A stretch of DNA of 32,000 nt from Erysipelotrichaceae bacterium (lineage in GTDB: Bacteria > Bacillota_I > Bacilli_A > Erysipelotrichales > Coprobacillaceae): the NCBI GenBank assembly GCA_028698185.1, contig JAQVDW010000014.1, forward strand, positions 1 through 32,000, read 5' to 3'. The notes beneath the pieces are model-generated. The model was not told the origin of the DNA. It made no database searches and saw nothing but the letters and a program-made list of their open reading frames with translations. Both the position numbers and the translations under genes were made by a program. Of this stretch, positions 18,359-30,462 are shown piece after piece. Position 1 is the stretch's first letter, and the number at the start of each line of letters is the position of its first letter.

Positions 18359-19606
18359 TCATATATGGTTGGCAATCCATGACCATGAGTCCAATCCGGT
18401 CACGTCGTCGAAGGCCTCGTTGTTGTCGAAATAGATCCATGACCAATGCCCGTTGTATCGGTAAGGATTACCCTTGTCATCGGTGTATTTTCCGGATGTG
18501 TCTATCACCATGTCGGTTGTCGCCACGGCGAGGTTCTTTGCTCCGGCATTTTTGAGCCGTTCAATTACCGGGATTTCATACAACAGCGGATCGACCACCT
18601 GATCGTCATTGGAATAAATGAAGTAAAGCGGCTGGTCTTTCAATCGGTTGATGTCGTCGTCGCTTACCCAACCATCAAGTTTGGCGGCGCAAATCGGAAC
18701 TCCGGCAGCGAAGTAACCGGGATAGCTGGTCATCATTTCCAGAACCATGAAGCCGCCGTTGGAACACCCGGTGAGCACTACCTTGCTTGCGCCGCATTCG
18801 TTTTTGTGGCGTTCGATCAGCTCCATCAGGCTTTTGGTATACAGGCTTGATCCCTCGGCGGTGAAGTCGCCGCTGCCATCATCCATCCACATTGTCGGGC
18901 ATTGGGGCGCCAGAATGGCGGCGTTCTTGATGGTTTTTTGGAATTTTTCTCCGGCCAGGGCTCCGGCCTTGTTTCCTAGCACCGGCATGTAGGCGTCGCT
19001 ATTGTCCGTCCCGCCTTCGCCCATGCCATGGAGCCAGACAACCAGGGTTTCATAGCGTGACTTTGGCTTGTAGCTAACGTAATCGTAGCTTATGCCCGAT
19101 TCTGTCATATGGTTCGACAGTTCGAACATATCGACGGATGTCACGATTCCCGTCGCCTCTCTGGCTATGTCCAGGCAAGCGAACTGGCCTTCTGGTGTCT
19201 CTAGCGTTGCTCCTTCTTCAAGAGCGAATGTCAGGAAGTAGGGGTCCGACCATGAGTTTTTCTGGGTCTTCATCGAAAAAAGCAACGGCGATCCCGTTTC
19301 CGGGCTGACATACATCTTAAGGGCAATATGGTAACTTGGACCTTCGCACCTGTTGCCTGAACTGTCGCAAAGATAAGCGTCTGTGACTTCCCGTCTGGTC
19401 TTGTTGATAACTACCGGGAAATCCGTGCCGGTCCAGTCGGTCTCCTGTTTGGTTTCGAATACCAGAAAATCCTTGGCGTCGACCCTGCTTATTTTGCGCT
19501 CCATGGTCAAGACAGCTTTGTTTACCCCTGCGCCCCAGTCGTATCCCGTCACCAAGAAGCTGTAGGTTCCGGTTATCGGTGCGCTGCGCATTTTTTTTGA
19601 ATTCAT
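18359..19606 (-). CDS. Alpha/beta-hydrolase (serine esterase/peptidase-like) with an extra ~170-aa N-terminal domain
   Basis: Nucleophile elbow 'LTGCSNGG' (G-x-S-x-G) and 'VVWLHGMGEGG', with candidate triad Asp ('SNDDQVVD') and His ('NGHWSW'). No signal peptide. GGAGG lies 7 nt before ATG 19606; the track start at 19612 is 1 nt from the SD. Confidence 0.75.
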   Translation of the reverse strand: MNSKKMRSAPITGTYSFLVTGYDWGAGVNKAVLTMERKISRVDAKDFLVFETKQETDWTGTDFPVVINKTRREVTDAYLCDSSGNRCEGPSYHIALKMYVSPETGSPLLFSMKTQKNSWSDPYFLTFALEEGATLETPEGQFACLDIAREATGIVTSVDMFELSNHMTESGISYDYVSYKPKSRYETLVVWLHGMGEGGTDNSDAYMPVLGNKAGALAGEKFQKTIKNAAILAPQCPTMWMDDGSGDFTAEGSSLYTKSLMELIERHKNECGASKVVLTGCSNGGFMVLEMMTSYPGYFAAGVPICAAKLDGWVSDDDINRLKDQPLYFIYSNDDQVVDPLLYEIPVIERLKNAGAKNLAVATTDMVIDTSGKYTDDKGNPYRYNGHWSWIYFDNNEAFDDVTGLDSWSWIANHI

Positions 19607-19678
19607 CGTCATACCTCCGTGTCGTTGATTAAATTATATTTCATCTTCAAGCCGGAGGTCTTTCCAAAATGTAACTGA

Positions 19679-20518
19679 TTATGGGGTTGTGGCTAACTTC
19701 TCCTTGTAGGCGGAAGGTTTGAGCTGGTAACGCTCCTTGAAAATCCGGTCAAATGACTTGTAGTCGCTAAAACCGTTTTTCAGGGCGATCTGGGTAATGT
19801 TGAGATTGCTCGAATGGAGATCTATTACGGCGTTTTCAAGGCGCTGGGCGTCAATGTATTGCTTCATCGTCATCCCGGTCCCCTCCTTGAACAAACGCGC
19901 CAGGTAACCATATGAAAGGTTGAATTCGTCGGCAATGAATTGGGGTGATATCTTGTCGGCAAAGTTGACATCGATATAGTTGATTATGTCGGCAATCACC
20001 TGGGAATTCTTGCTGGAACGGAGGTTTTTCCGGGTGTCGACAATGGCCATGGCGCCAAGAAGCTCGCCAAGCAGGACTGCGGCATAACCGTTGATGACGA
20101 TGTTGCCGAACCCGTCGTTTTTTGTATCGATCAGGCTGTCCAACAGGCCGACCAGTTTTTCTTTTTGGGTGCTGTCGAGCTTGTTTGTGAATGTGACATC
20201 CTCAATCTGGGGGTAGAGCAGTTCCGCGAATTTGTAATCAATCTGGATGGCGTAGCCCTGGTATTGCCGGGGTTGCTTGTTGATAAAGGTGTGGATTGAC
20301 CGGGAGTTTATCAGATAAAACTCTCCTTGAGCCACTGAGATCAGGTTGCCGTTTTCCCAAAGCAGGGTTTCGCCTTTAGTTGGATAGATCAGCTCCAGGG
20401 AACGATGCCAGTGCTTTGGTATCTTGTCGGGAACCTGGTCTTCTTTGATGTCGAAATAGAGCGTTTTAACGTACTGGTGGGGGCTTCTGGTTATTTTTTC
20501 ATATATGATATTGTCCAT
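19679..20518 (-). CDS. AraC-family transcriptional regulator (cupin-like N-terminal domain + dual HTH)
   Basis: C-terminal 'IADEFNLSYGYLARLFKEGTGMTMKQYIDAQRLENAVIDLHSSNLNITQIALKNGFSDYKSFDRIFKERYQLKPSAYK'. SD AGGAGA lies 6 nt upstream. Confidence 0.9.
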   Translation of the reverse strand: MDNIIYEKITRSPHQYVKTLYFDIKEDQVPDKIPKHWHRSLELIYPTKGETLLWENGNLISVAQGEFYLINSRSIHTFINKQPRQYQGYAIQIDYKFAELLYPQIEDVTFTNKLDSTQKEKLVGLLDSLIDTKNDGFGNIVINGYAAVLLGELLGAMAIVDTRKNLRSSKNSQVIADIINYIDVNFADKISPQFIADEFNLSYGYLARLFKEGTGMTMKQYIDAQRLENAVIDLHSSNLNITQIALKNGFSDYKSFDRIFKERYQLKPSAYKEKLATTP

Positions 20519-20538
20519 GGCTTGTCTCCTTGAGCTAT

Positions 20539-20567
20539 ATCATACCAAATTTTGCCGGCTTTGAAAA
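20539..20567 (-). promoter_or_regulatory. Promoter of the AraC gene (minus strand: TTTTCA-17-TGgTATGAT)
   Basis: The reverse complement of 20539-20547 is TGGTATGAT (extended -10). The reverse complement of 20562-20567 is TTTTCA, at 17-nt spacing. Confidence 0.45.
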
Positions 20568-20605
20568 CGCAACCAGCGGATTTTATCGATTTGAAAAAGG
20601 CGAAT

Positions 20606-20629
20606 ACGGTTCTTGGACCCGTTTTTTTT
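20606..20629 (+). terminator. Terminator-like hairpin plus T8 on the plus strand with no upstream plus-strand gene
   Basis: ACGGTTC (20606-20612), TTG loop, GACCCGT (20616-20622) with 1 mismatch, then T8 (20622-20629). It lies ~125 nt upstream of the first polysaccharide gene. Confidence 0.4.
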
Positions 20630-20698
20630 GATTATTGGCATAATACCGTTTAAACAAGGAAATATTTGATAAAAAGCTAGAAGATAAAATCTAATCCG

Positions 20699-20706
20699 TG
20701 TATAAT
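20699..20706 (+). promoter_or_regulatory. Possible -10 region (TG-TATAAT) for the GT-wzx-rml operon
   Basis: TATAAT at 20701-20706 is immediately preceded by TG. No convincing -35 element. It lies ~48 nt before ATG 20754. Confidence 0.35.
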
Positions 20707-20753
20707 TGTTACCGTGTAGTTAGCTACAAATATCCAATAGCACAGGAGTTACT

Positions 20754-21728
20754 ATGGCAAAAGCTTTGTTCATAACAACCAAAAATCTTGATTATTTGAG
20801 AAATGTTCAAGAGATAGAAATATTAAAACAAAAATACGGCCAGGTCGATGTGATCGGTTCGTCGGCCAAAAAATATTCGCAAAGGCTTAAGACGGTTTAC
20901 CTTGAGCTTATGTCAATCGACGCCTCCGTATACGAGGAAGTGTTCGTCGGGTTCGCCCCGCAGCTTATTCTGCCTTTTTTTCGCAAATTCAAGGGCACCC
21001 GGCTGACAATCGATTTTTTCATCTCGGTGTATGACACCCTGGTTCATGACCGCAAAAAATTCAGGGACAAGGGACTGGCAAGCAGAATCTTCCACCATAT
21101 CGACCAGGCGACGCTCAGGGCCGCCGACCGGGTAATCTGTGACACCAATGCCCATGGCGACTTCTTTTCCGCCGAGTTCAATATTCCCCGCGCCAAGATC
21201 GAGACGCTTTATCTGAGTGCGGACACCTCGATATTTTATCCGGATGAGAGTGTGGAAATGGATCCGGTGTTCACTGTCCTGTATTTCGGATCGATCCTGC
21301 CGCTCCAGGGAGTGGAGATCATTCTTGAGGCGCTAAAGAATTTTGAAAATGATGATACCATCAGATTCGTGATTATCGGGCCTATGAAAAAGAATGCCCC
21401 CAAACCGATTCAGGAAAACATAATCTATCATGACTGGCTAGACCAGGTTTCCCTGGCCCGGGAGATAAACAAGAGCCATCTTGCCCTGGCTGGTCACTTC
21501 AACGGTACGGTGCAAAAGGCGCGAAGGACAATTCCCGGCAAAGCCTATATATATGAGGCATGCCACAAGCCGATGATCCTGGGCGACAATCCGGCAACAA
21601 GGGAACTTTACCATGAAGGGGACCTTGGAATATATTTTTGCGAAATGTCGAATCCCCAGGCGCTGGCGGACCTGATTTCAAGTATCAGGGACAGGCATTA
21701 TGAAAACAAGGGTAACGCCCATGCTTAG
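20754..21728 (+). CDS. Glycosyltransferase (GT-B fold, GT4-like)
   Basis: 324 aa. The C-terminal half resembles retaining GT-B transferases ('FVIIGP', 'GKAYIYEACHKPMILGDNPATRELY'). It is the first gene of the polysaccharide operon. SD AGGAG lies 5 nt upstream. The family call is by eye only. Confidence 0.65.
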   Translation: MAKALFITTKNLDYLRNVQEIEILKQKYGQVDVIGSSAKKYSQRLKTVYLELMSIDASVYEEVFVGFAPQLILPFFRKFKGTRLTIDFFISVYDTLVHDRKKFRDKGLASRIFHHIDQATLRAADRVICDTNAHGDFFSAEFNIPRAKIETLYLSADTSIFYPDESVEMDPVFTVLYFGSILPLQGVEIILEALKNFENDDTIRFVIIGPMKKNAPKPIQENIIYHDWLDQVSLAREINKSHLALAGHFNGTVQKARRTIPGKAYIYEACHKPMILGDNPATRELYHEGDLGIYFCEMSNPQALADLISSIRDRHYENKGNAHA

Positions 21729-22998
21729 AAATTTCATTCTTTTTAGCAAAAACATCAAAAAAGATTCATTTTTGTTTAACACGATCAGCGCGATTGAAAA
21801 CTCGTTCCAGACGATGGTGCTCCTGCTGGTCATCACCCGGCTGGCACAAATCGAGGATTCGTCAATCTTTGTCATCGCCTATGCGGTGGGCAACCTGGTC
21901 ATGACCATCGGCAAATACGGCACCAGGAATTTCCAGGTCACCGACATCAAGGAAGAGTACAGCTTTTTCGAATATATCCAGGCCCGGGCGGTCACTACGC
22001 TTTTGTTGTTCATTGCGGTGGCATTTTATCTGTTAAAGGGGCTGGCTATCGACGGGATGACGCTTTACAAGTCGGGGTGCATCCTGCTTGTGTGCATGCT
22101 CAAGGCGGTTGATTCCTTCGAGGATGTTCTCCATGGCCGGCTGCAGCAGCTGGGCCGTCTCGATGTCGCGACCAAGATCCTGGCGGTCCGCTACTTCGTT
22201 TTCATCGTCCTGTTTGCACTCCTGTATCTGGTCCTACAAAACCTGATGGCGGTCCTGATCGTCACGAATGTCGTCAACGTTTTGCTGTCTGGTTATCTCA
22301 ACCTAATTCCCAAGGAATATTATCAGTTCCAGCGAAAAGCCGGAAAAAACAAGATCGCATTGATGCTAAAGGAGGTATTTCCATTGGCTCTGGGGATGAC
22401 CTTGATCATGTATCTGGGCAATGCGCCAAAATATACAATCGACGGCTATTTCACCGATCTGCAGCAGACTTCGTTCAATATCATCTACATGCCGGTTTTC
22501 ATCATCGGGCTTTTCTCGTCATTTATCTTCTCGCCACTGATGAAAAGCATGGCCGAGGCCTGGGCGGGAGGCCAGATCAAGAAATTCCAGGCGATTGTCA
22601 AGCGGCAGCTGGGGCTGATTGTGCTTTTCACAACCGGGGCGATAGTCGGTGGCTATGTGATCGGTCTCAGGTTGCTCGAAATGGTGTACGGTGTTTCCCT
22701 GGCCGGGGAAATGTTCAATCTGGTGTTGTTGCTTGTTTGCGGCGGTCTGATCGCGCTGATGACGTTCTATATAGCTTTGTACACGATCTGGCGCAGGCAG
22801 AGTATCGTACTTGTGATACTGGCTTTGGCTAGCGGTGTCTATTTCATCGGGGCCAATCTGGTCATGGTGAATTTCGCCACGACCGGTCTGATTATGTTTT
22901 ACCTTGCTTGCCTGTTGGCCGGCGATTTGGGTTTGGCCATCTATGGCGGGCTGATTGTACACGACAATAATAAAATCATAAATGGAGGGGAAATATGA
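21721..22998 (+). CDS. wzx: Polysaccharide/oligosaccharide flippase (Wzx-like, MOP superfamily)
   Basis: About 12-14 TM helices across ~425 aa, located between a GT and the rml genes. AAGGGT lies 7 nt before ATG 21721 (8-nt overlap with the GT gene). The alternative ATG at 21700 is the track start. The stop overlaps the rmlA start (ATGA). Confidence 0.75.
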   Translation: MLRNFILFSKNIKKDSFLFNTISAIENSFQTMVLLLVITRLAQIEDSSIFVIAYAVGNLVMTIGKYGTRNFQVTDIKEEYSFFEYIQARAVTTLLLFIAVAFYLLKGLAIDGMTLYKSGCILLVCMLKAVDSFEDVLHGRLQQLGRLDVATKILAVRYFVFIVLFALLYLVLQNLMAVLIVTNVVNVLLSGYLNLIPKEYYQFQRKAGKNKIALMLKEVFPLALGMTLIMYLGNAPKYTIDGYFTDLQQTSFNIIYMPVFIIGLFSSFIFSPLMKSMAEAWAGGQIKKFQAIVKRQLGLIVLFTTGAIVGGYVIGLRLLEMVYGVSLAGEMFNLVLLLVCGGLIALMTFYIALYTIWRRQSIVLVILALASGVYFIGANLVMVNFATTGLIMFYLACLLAGDLGLAIYGGLIVHDNNKIINGGEI

Positions 22999-23873
22999 AA
23001 GGGATTATTTTAGCAGGGGGCAGCGGAACAAGGCTGTACCCGTTGACTCAAGTTACAAGCAAACAGTTGCTGCCGGTTTATGACAAACCGATGATTTATT
23101 ATCCACTAAGCATCCTGATGGATGCGGGGATACGGGAGATATTGATAATCTCGACACCGGAAGACACGCCAAGATTCCAAAATCTTCTTGGTGATGGCAG
23201 CCAGTTCGGGATTGAACTGGCGTACAAGGTCCAACCAAGTCCCGACGGTCTGGCCCAGGCATTCATTCTTGGGGAAGAATTCATCAATGGCGAAGCTTGT
23301 GCGATGATCCTAGGTGACAATATCTTCAACGGCCATGGTCTGGTCAAATGTCTAAAAGCGGCGGCAAGCAAGAAAGAGGGGGCCACTGTCTTTGGTTATT
23401 ATGTCGACGATCCCGAACGTTTCGGGGTCGTGGAATTCAACGCGGCCAAACAGGCGGTGTCGATTGAAGAGAAGCCGGTGCACCCGAAATCTAACTATGC
23501 GGTCACCGGGCTGTACTTCTATGACGAAAAAGTCGTGGAATACGCCAAGTCAATCAAACCGTCACCACGGGGCGAACTGGAGATCACCGATCTCAACAAG
23601 ATCTACCTGGAAAAAGGCAAACTCGATGTCGAGTTGCTAGGCAAAGGGTTCACCTGGCTCGATACAGGAACCCATGATTCCCTGGTGGAGGCGACCAACT
23701 TCGTCTATACAATGGAAAAACACCAAAACCACAAGATTGCCTGTCTTGAAGAAATAGCCTACCTTAATGGCTGGATTGATGAAACCAAGATGAAAGAGGC
23801 AATCGAGTTGTACAAGAAAAACCAGTACGGGGCTTACCTGCAGGATGTCCTTGATGGCAAGTATATAGTTTAG
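22995..23873 (+). CDS. rmlA: Glucose-1-phosphate thymidylyltransferase
   Basis: '[18 protein letters not shown]...[18 protein letters not shown]' is the canonical RmlA/RfbA N-terminus. 292 aa. Confidence 0.95.
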   Translation: MKGIILAGGSGTRLYPLTQVTSKQLLPVYDKPMIYYPLSILMDAGIREILIISTPEDTPRFQNLLGDGSQFGIELAYKVQPSPDGLAQAFILGEEFINGEACAMILGDNIFNGHGLVKCLKAAASKKEGATVFGYYVDDPERFGVVEFNAAKQAVSIEEKPVHPKSNYAVTGLYFYDEKVVEYAKSIKPSPRGELEITDLNKIYLEKGKLDVELLGKGFTWLDTGTHDSLVEATNFVYTMEKHQNHKIACLEEIAYLNGWIDETKMKEAIELYKKNQYGAYLQDVLDGKYIV

Positions 23874-23882
23874 GAGCATATA

Positions 23883-24461
23883 ATGAAAAAAATTGAAACG
23901 AAAATACCGGGAGTGGTCATCATCGAACCCGATGTCCACGGCGACCACCGGGGCTATTTCATGGAGACCTACAACCAGGCCAAGTTCCAGGAGCTAGGCA
24001 TCGACAATGTCTTTGTTCAGGACAACATGTCATTCAGCGCGGCCAAAGGGACGTTGCGGGGAATCCATTTCCAGAACGAACCGATGGCCCAGGCCAAGCT
24101 GGTCAGCTGCACCCGCGGGACTGTGATTGATGTGGCGGTCGACTTGCGCAAGGGTTCACCGACTTACAAGCAATGGGTGGCGGTGGAGCTCTCGGAAGAA
24201 AACAAGAAGTTCTTCTTCATTCCCCGTGGATTCGGGCATGGCTTTTTGACCATCACCGACAATGTCGAATTCCGCTACAAGGTCGACAATCTCTATTCGA
24301 GCGAACATGACCGGGGCATCCGCTATGATGATCCGGAAATAAATGTCGACTGGGGCAGCCTGCTCAACGGCATCGAGCCGATACTTTCAGCCAAAGACAA
24401 AGAGGGGCCGACATTGGCAGAGTCGGACTGCAATTTCATCTATCAAGGAGAATCAAAATGA
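23883..24461 (+). CDS. rmlC: dTDP-4-dehydrorhamnose 3,5-epimerase
   Basis: 'GVVIIEPDVHGDHRGYFMETYN...GIHFQ...KLVSCTRGTVIDVAVDLR' is the RmlC cupin signature. 192 aa. Confidence 0.95.
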   Translation: MKKIETKIPGVVIIEPDVHGDHRGYFMETYNQAKFQELGIDNVFVQDNMSFSAAKGTLRGIHFQNEPMAQAKLVSCTRGTVIDVAVDLRKGSPTYKQWVAVELSEENKKFFFIPRGFGHGFLTITDNVEFRYKVDNLYSSEHDRGIRYDDPEINVDWGSLLNGIEPILSAKDKEGPTLAESDCNFIYQGESK

Positions 24462-25480
24462 AAATATTAGTAACCGGGGGAGCCGGATTCATCGGCGGAA
24501 ACTTCGTCCATTATATGGTGGAAAAATATCCTGAAGACCAGATCGTCAATCTGGACTTGCTCACATATGCGGGTAATCTGGAAACATGCCAGAAAGTCGA
24601 AAACCAGCCCAACTACAAGTTCGTCAAAGGGAACATTGCCGACCGCAAGTTCATCTTCGACCTGTTCGAGAAGGAAAAATTCGATGTTGTGGTCAACTTT
24701 GCAGCCGAGTCGCATGTCGACCGTTCAATCGAGGATCCGGAAATTTTCGTCAAGACAAATGTCATGGGAACGACGACTTTGCTTGATGCCTGCAACAAGT
24801 ATGGCATCAAACGTTATCATCAGGTCTCGACCGATGAGGTTTATGGCGACTTGCCATTGGACCGTCCGGATCTTTTCTTCACCGAAGAGACCCCGCTGCA
24901 TACCTCGAGTCCCTATTCGTCATCAAAAGCGAGTGCCGACTTGTTTGTGCTGGCCTACCACCGCACCTATGGCTTGCCGGTGACGATTTCCCGTTGTTCG
25001 AACAACTACGGACCTTACCATTTCCCAGAAAAGCTGATTCCGCTGATGATTGCCAGAGCTCTCAACGACGAACCTTTGCCAGTCTATGGCAAAGGGGACA
25101 ATGTCCGCGACTGGCTCCATGTCTATGACCACTGCGTGGCGATCGACCTGATTGTGCGCAACGGCAAAGTCGGGGAGGTTTACAATGTGGGGGGCCACAA
25201 CGAACGGACCAACCTCGAGGTGGTCAAGACCATCCTGAAACAGCTTGACAAGCCTGAAAGTCTGATCCAGTTTGTCGAAGACCGCAAAGGCCATGACCGC
25301 CGCTATGCGATCGATCCGACCAAACTGGAAAGCGAGCTGGGCTGGGTGCCGACCTACAATTTCGACACCGGAATCAAACAGACAATCCAATGGTACCTTG
25401 ACAACAAGGAGTGGTGGCAACACATCATCTCTGGCGAATACCAGAACTATTTTGCCGATATGTACGGCAAGAGGCTTTAG
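24458..25480 (+). CDS. rmlB: dTDP-glucose 4,6-dehydratase
   Basis: 'MKILVTGGAGFIGGNFV', 'STDEVYG' (Asp/Glu acid-base pair) and 'PYSSSKASAD' (Y-x3-K). Its start overlaps the rmlC stop (ATGA). Confidence 0.95.
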   Translation: MKILVTGGAGFIGGNFVHYMVEKYPEDQIVNLDLLTYAGNLETCQKVENQPNYKFVKGNIADRKFIFDLFEKEKFDVVVNFAAESHVDRSIEDPEIFVKTNVMGTTTLLDACNKYGIKRYHQVSTDEVYGDLPLDRPDLFFTEETPLHTSSPYSSSKASADLFVLAYHRTYGLPVTISRCSNNYGPYHFPEKLIPLMIARALNDEPLPVYGKGDNVRDWLHVYDHCVAIDLIVRNGKVGEVYNVGGHNERTNLEVVKTILKQLDKPESLIQFVEDRKGHDRRYAIDPTKLESELGWVPTYNFDTGIKQTIQWYLDNKEWWQHIISGEYQNYFADMYGKRL

Positions 25481-25481
25481 G

Positions 25482-26324
25482 ATGAGGGTTCTAGTAACCG
25501 GAGTCAAGGGCCAGCTAGGATACGATATCGTCCGGGTTTGCCAGGAAGAAGGAATCGAAGCCATCGGGGTCGATATCGAGGAGATGGACATTACCGACTG
25601 TGAAGCGGTGGCAAAAGTCATCGGTCAAAGTGGAGCCGACGCGGTGATCCACTGCAGTGCCTATACGGCGGTGGACAAGGCCGAAGAGGACATTGACACA
25701 TGCAACAAGGTCAATGTGGAGGGAACCCGCAACATCGCTCTGGTATGCCGGGAACTGAATATTAAAATGATGTATTTTTCGACTGATTATGTCTTCGACG
25801 GTCAAGGGGAGAAACCATGGCAGGTCGATGACGCACCCAGTCCCATAAATGTCTATGGCCAAAGCAAATACCTCGGGGAACAGGAAGTGAGAAACCTGGT
25901 CAAGGAACACTTCATCATCCGCATTTCCTGGGTGTTTGGCATCAATGGCAACAACTTCGTCAAGACGATGCTCCGTTTGGGTAACGAAAGGGATGAGCTC
26001 AATGTGGTCGATGACCAGATTGGAGCTCCGACCTACACCTATGATTTGGCCCGGCTCGCGGTTGCCATGATCCAAAGCGACAAGTATGGCACTTACCACG
26101 TCACCAATGAAGGCGACACTTCCTGGTATGAATTCGCCAAGGAGATTTTCTTCCAGGCGGGAGTTGAGGTCAAGGTCAATCCGGTGTCTTCAAGCGAGTT
26201 CAAAAGCGCGGCCAAACGGCCATCGAACAGCAAAATGGACAAATCCCGGCTGGATGAGGCCGGATTCGGGCGGCTGCCAAGCTGGCAGGATGCGCTCAAA
26301 CGCTACCTGGTCGAACTGCAATAA
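25482..26324 (+). CDS. rmlD: dTDP-4-dehydrorhamnose reductase
   Basis: 'MRVLVTGVKGQLGYD...VIHCSAYTAVDKAE...STDYVFDG...YGQSKYLGE'. GAGG lies 7 nt before ATG 25482. The track start at 25272 lies inside rmlB. Confidence 0.95.
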   Translation: MRVLVTGVKGQLGYDIVRVCQEEGIEAIGVDIEEMDITDCEAVAKVIGQSGADAVIHCSAYTAVDKAEEDIDTCNKVNVEGTRNIALVCRELNIKMMYFSTDYVFDGQGEKPWQVDDAPSPINVYGQSKYLGEQEVRNLVKEHFIIRISWVFGINGNNFVKTMLRLGNERDELNVVDDQIGAPTYTYDLARLAVAMIQSDKYGTYHVTNEGDTSWYEFAKEIFFQAGVEVKVNPVSSSEFKSAAKRPSNSKMDKSRLDEAGFGRLPSWQDALKRYLVELQ

Positions 26325-26367
26325 TAAACGGATAAATATGTGAATTTACCCATGATTCAAATAGGGC

Positions 26368-26397
26368 AAAAAAAGGGCTTGTACAGCCCCTTTTTTT
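26368..26397. terminator. Intrinsic terminator ending the rml operon
   Basis: GGGCT (26375-26379) pairs with AGCCC (26385-26389), flanked by A7 and T7. Confidence 0.6.
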
Positions 26398-26434
26398 GTG
26401 GTCAAGATAATGATTTTTTGATGGACAACAGGGG

Positions 26435-26491
26435 ACAATTGCGGTAATATTGTTGTTGTGATTTTTTTGATAAACAATAAGGATAATATTG
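26435..26491 (+). repeat. Two copies of an 18-nt imperfect direct repeat, ACAAT-N5-TAATATTG
   Basis: The copies lie at 26435-26452 (ACAATtgcggTAATATTG) and 26474-26491 (ACAATaaggaTAATATTG), 39 nt apart, upstream of the manC promoter region. Confidence 0.5.
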
Positions 26492-26564
26492 ACAAATCCT
26501 GGATCTTGAGACCCAAACGGGTCGCCGGGGCAATCCAAGGAATGTTTCAAAAGATATTTATTTA

Positions 26565-26573
26565 TGTTATACT
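26565..26573 (+). promoter_or_regulatory. Extended -10 promoter element (TGtTATACT) for manC
   Basis: TG at 26565-26566, then n, then TATACT at 26568-26573, with a weak -35 (TTTCAA, 26545-26550) at 17-nt spacing. Confidence 0.4.
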
Positions 26574-26608
26574 TGAAATAACAGTATATGGAAAAATGGA
26601 GGAATTTT

Positions 26609-27652
26609 ATGTTAAGCGCATTAATCATGGCCGGAGGACGGGGAACCCGTTTCTATCCATTGTCAACCGATGACCGTCCCAAGCAGTTTTTGAACCTGAT
26701 CGGGGAGAAGACAATGATCCAGATGACGGTGGACCGTCTGTTGAAGATCATGCCCATGGAGCGGATCTTCGTGGCGACCGGTGCCAAATATGTCGATCTG
26801 ACCAGAGAGCAGCTGCCGGAATTGCCTGAAGGCAATATCATCGTCGAACCGGTAGGCCGCAATACGGCGCCTTGTGTCGTTTTTGGAGCGATGCAGGTCA
26901 ATGCCCTGTTCCCATCGGACAACCTGGTCGTGCTTCCTTCGGATGCACTGATTCAGGATGTCGAGGAGTTCTGCAACGTCTTGAAAGCGGGTGATGCCTT
27001 CCTGGACAAGAACGAGGAAGCGGTAGTGACCATTGGAATCGAGCCGACCCGGCCGGAAACCGGATATGGCTACATCAAGCAGACCGACCAGAGTGAACTT
27101 GTCAACAACTACCAGATCAAGAAAGTGGAACGTTTTGTGGAAAAACCGGACCTGGACACTGCCAAGGAATACCTGGCTCAGGGCGGTTATTTCTGGAATG
27201 CGGGAATCTTCATGTGGAACGTCGACTATGTGGAAAAACTGGCAAGAGAGCATATGGAGGACACCTATAATAAACTCCGGGAAATCGGTAGGGTCAACAG
27301 CGAAGGATATGAAGAACGCTTGTTCGAACTTTATCCTTTGTGCGAATCGATCTCGGTCGACTATGCCCTGATGGAAAAGATCGACACAATCAACGTGATC
27401 CCGGGATCGTTTGGCTGGGATGATGTCGGGACCTGGGCGGCGCTCGAGCGCTATTTGCCCCAAGACGCCCATGGCAACATCACCAAGGGACGTTTCTATG
27501 TCGACAACGCCCGCAACAACATCATTTTTTCAACCAAAAAAGAAGTGGTTTTCCTGGGTATGGATAATGCCTTCTGCATTGAAGCCGACGACATGATTGT
27601 CGTGGGAACTAGGGACCAGCTAAGCGCGGTCCATGAACTAAGAAATAGATAG
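26609..27652 (+). CDS. manC: Mannose-1-phosphate guanylyltransferase (GDP-mannose pyrophosphorylase, no PMI domain)
   Basis: 'MLSALIMAGGRGTRFYPLSTDDRPKQFL' nucleotidyltransferase N-terminus, ~347 aa. GGAGG (26598-26602) lies 6 nt before ATG 26609; the track start at 26588 is probably an over-extension. Confidence 0.9.
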   Translation: MLSALIMAGGRGTRFYPLSTDDRPKQFLNLIGEKTMIQMTVDRLLKIMPMERIFVATGAKYVDLTREQLPELPEGNIIVEPVGRNTAPCVVFGAMQVNALFPSDNLVVLPSDALIQDVEEFCNVLKAGDAFLDKNEEAVVTIGIEPTRPETGYGYIKQTDQSELVNNYQIKKVERFVEKPDLDTAKEYLAQGGYFWNAGIFMWNVDYVEKLAREHMEDTYNKLREIGRVNSEGYEERLFELYPLCESISVDYALMEKIDTINVIPGSFGWDDVGTWAALERYLPQDAHGNITKGRFYVDNARNNIIFSTKKEVVFLGMDNAFCIEADDMIVVGTRDQLSAVHELRNR

Positions 27653-27666
27653 ACGAGGTATACGTT

Positions 27667-30354
<2,688 letters not shown>

Positions 30355-30359
30355 TAATG

Positions 30360-30398
30360 AAAGGATGGTATAGCTTGGCCATCCTTTTCTTGTTTTTT
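30360..30398 (+). terminator. Rho-independent terminator after the fusion gene
   Basis: AAAGGATGG (30360-30368) pairs with CCATCCTTT (30379-30387), followed by a T-rich tract (ttttcttgtttttt). Confidence 0.8.
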
Positions 30399-30453
30399 AT
30401 CAATCCAAGCCGCCGATAATCCGGCTGTTGCTGTTTTAATTCGTTCCCAATTG

Positions 30454-30462
30454 TGCTAAAAT
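30454..30462 (+). promoter_or_regulatory. Possible extended -10 (TGcTAAAAT) upstream of the GT2 gene
   Basis: TG at 30454-30455, then n, then TAAAAT at 30457-30462. This would give a ~150-nt leader before ATG 30619. Confidence 0.35.

Noticed and set aside
25272-25481. N-terminal 70-aa extension of the rmlD ORF in the track
   Set aside because: It lies within the rmlB coding sequence in another frame. RmlD homologs begin at 'MRVLVTG', and ATG 25482 has a GAGG SD.
24923-25621. 232-aa minus-strand ORF; the ORF at 25515-26099 (-) is a similar case
   Set aside because: Both are antisense to the unambiguous rmlB and rmlD genes, so they are shadow ORFs.
26489-26494. Perfect TTGACA -35 hexamer upstream of manC
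   Set aside because: No acceptable -10 hexamer lies 16-19 nt downstream. The TGtTATACT element at 26565-26573 is the more plausible promoter.
26663-27472. 269-aa minus-strand ORF
   Set aside because: It is antisense to manC, which has a canonical nucleotidyltransferase N-terminus. There are no independent start signals.
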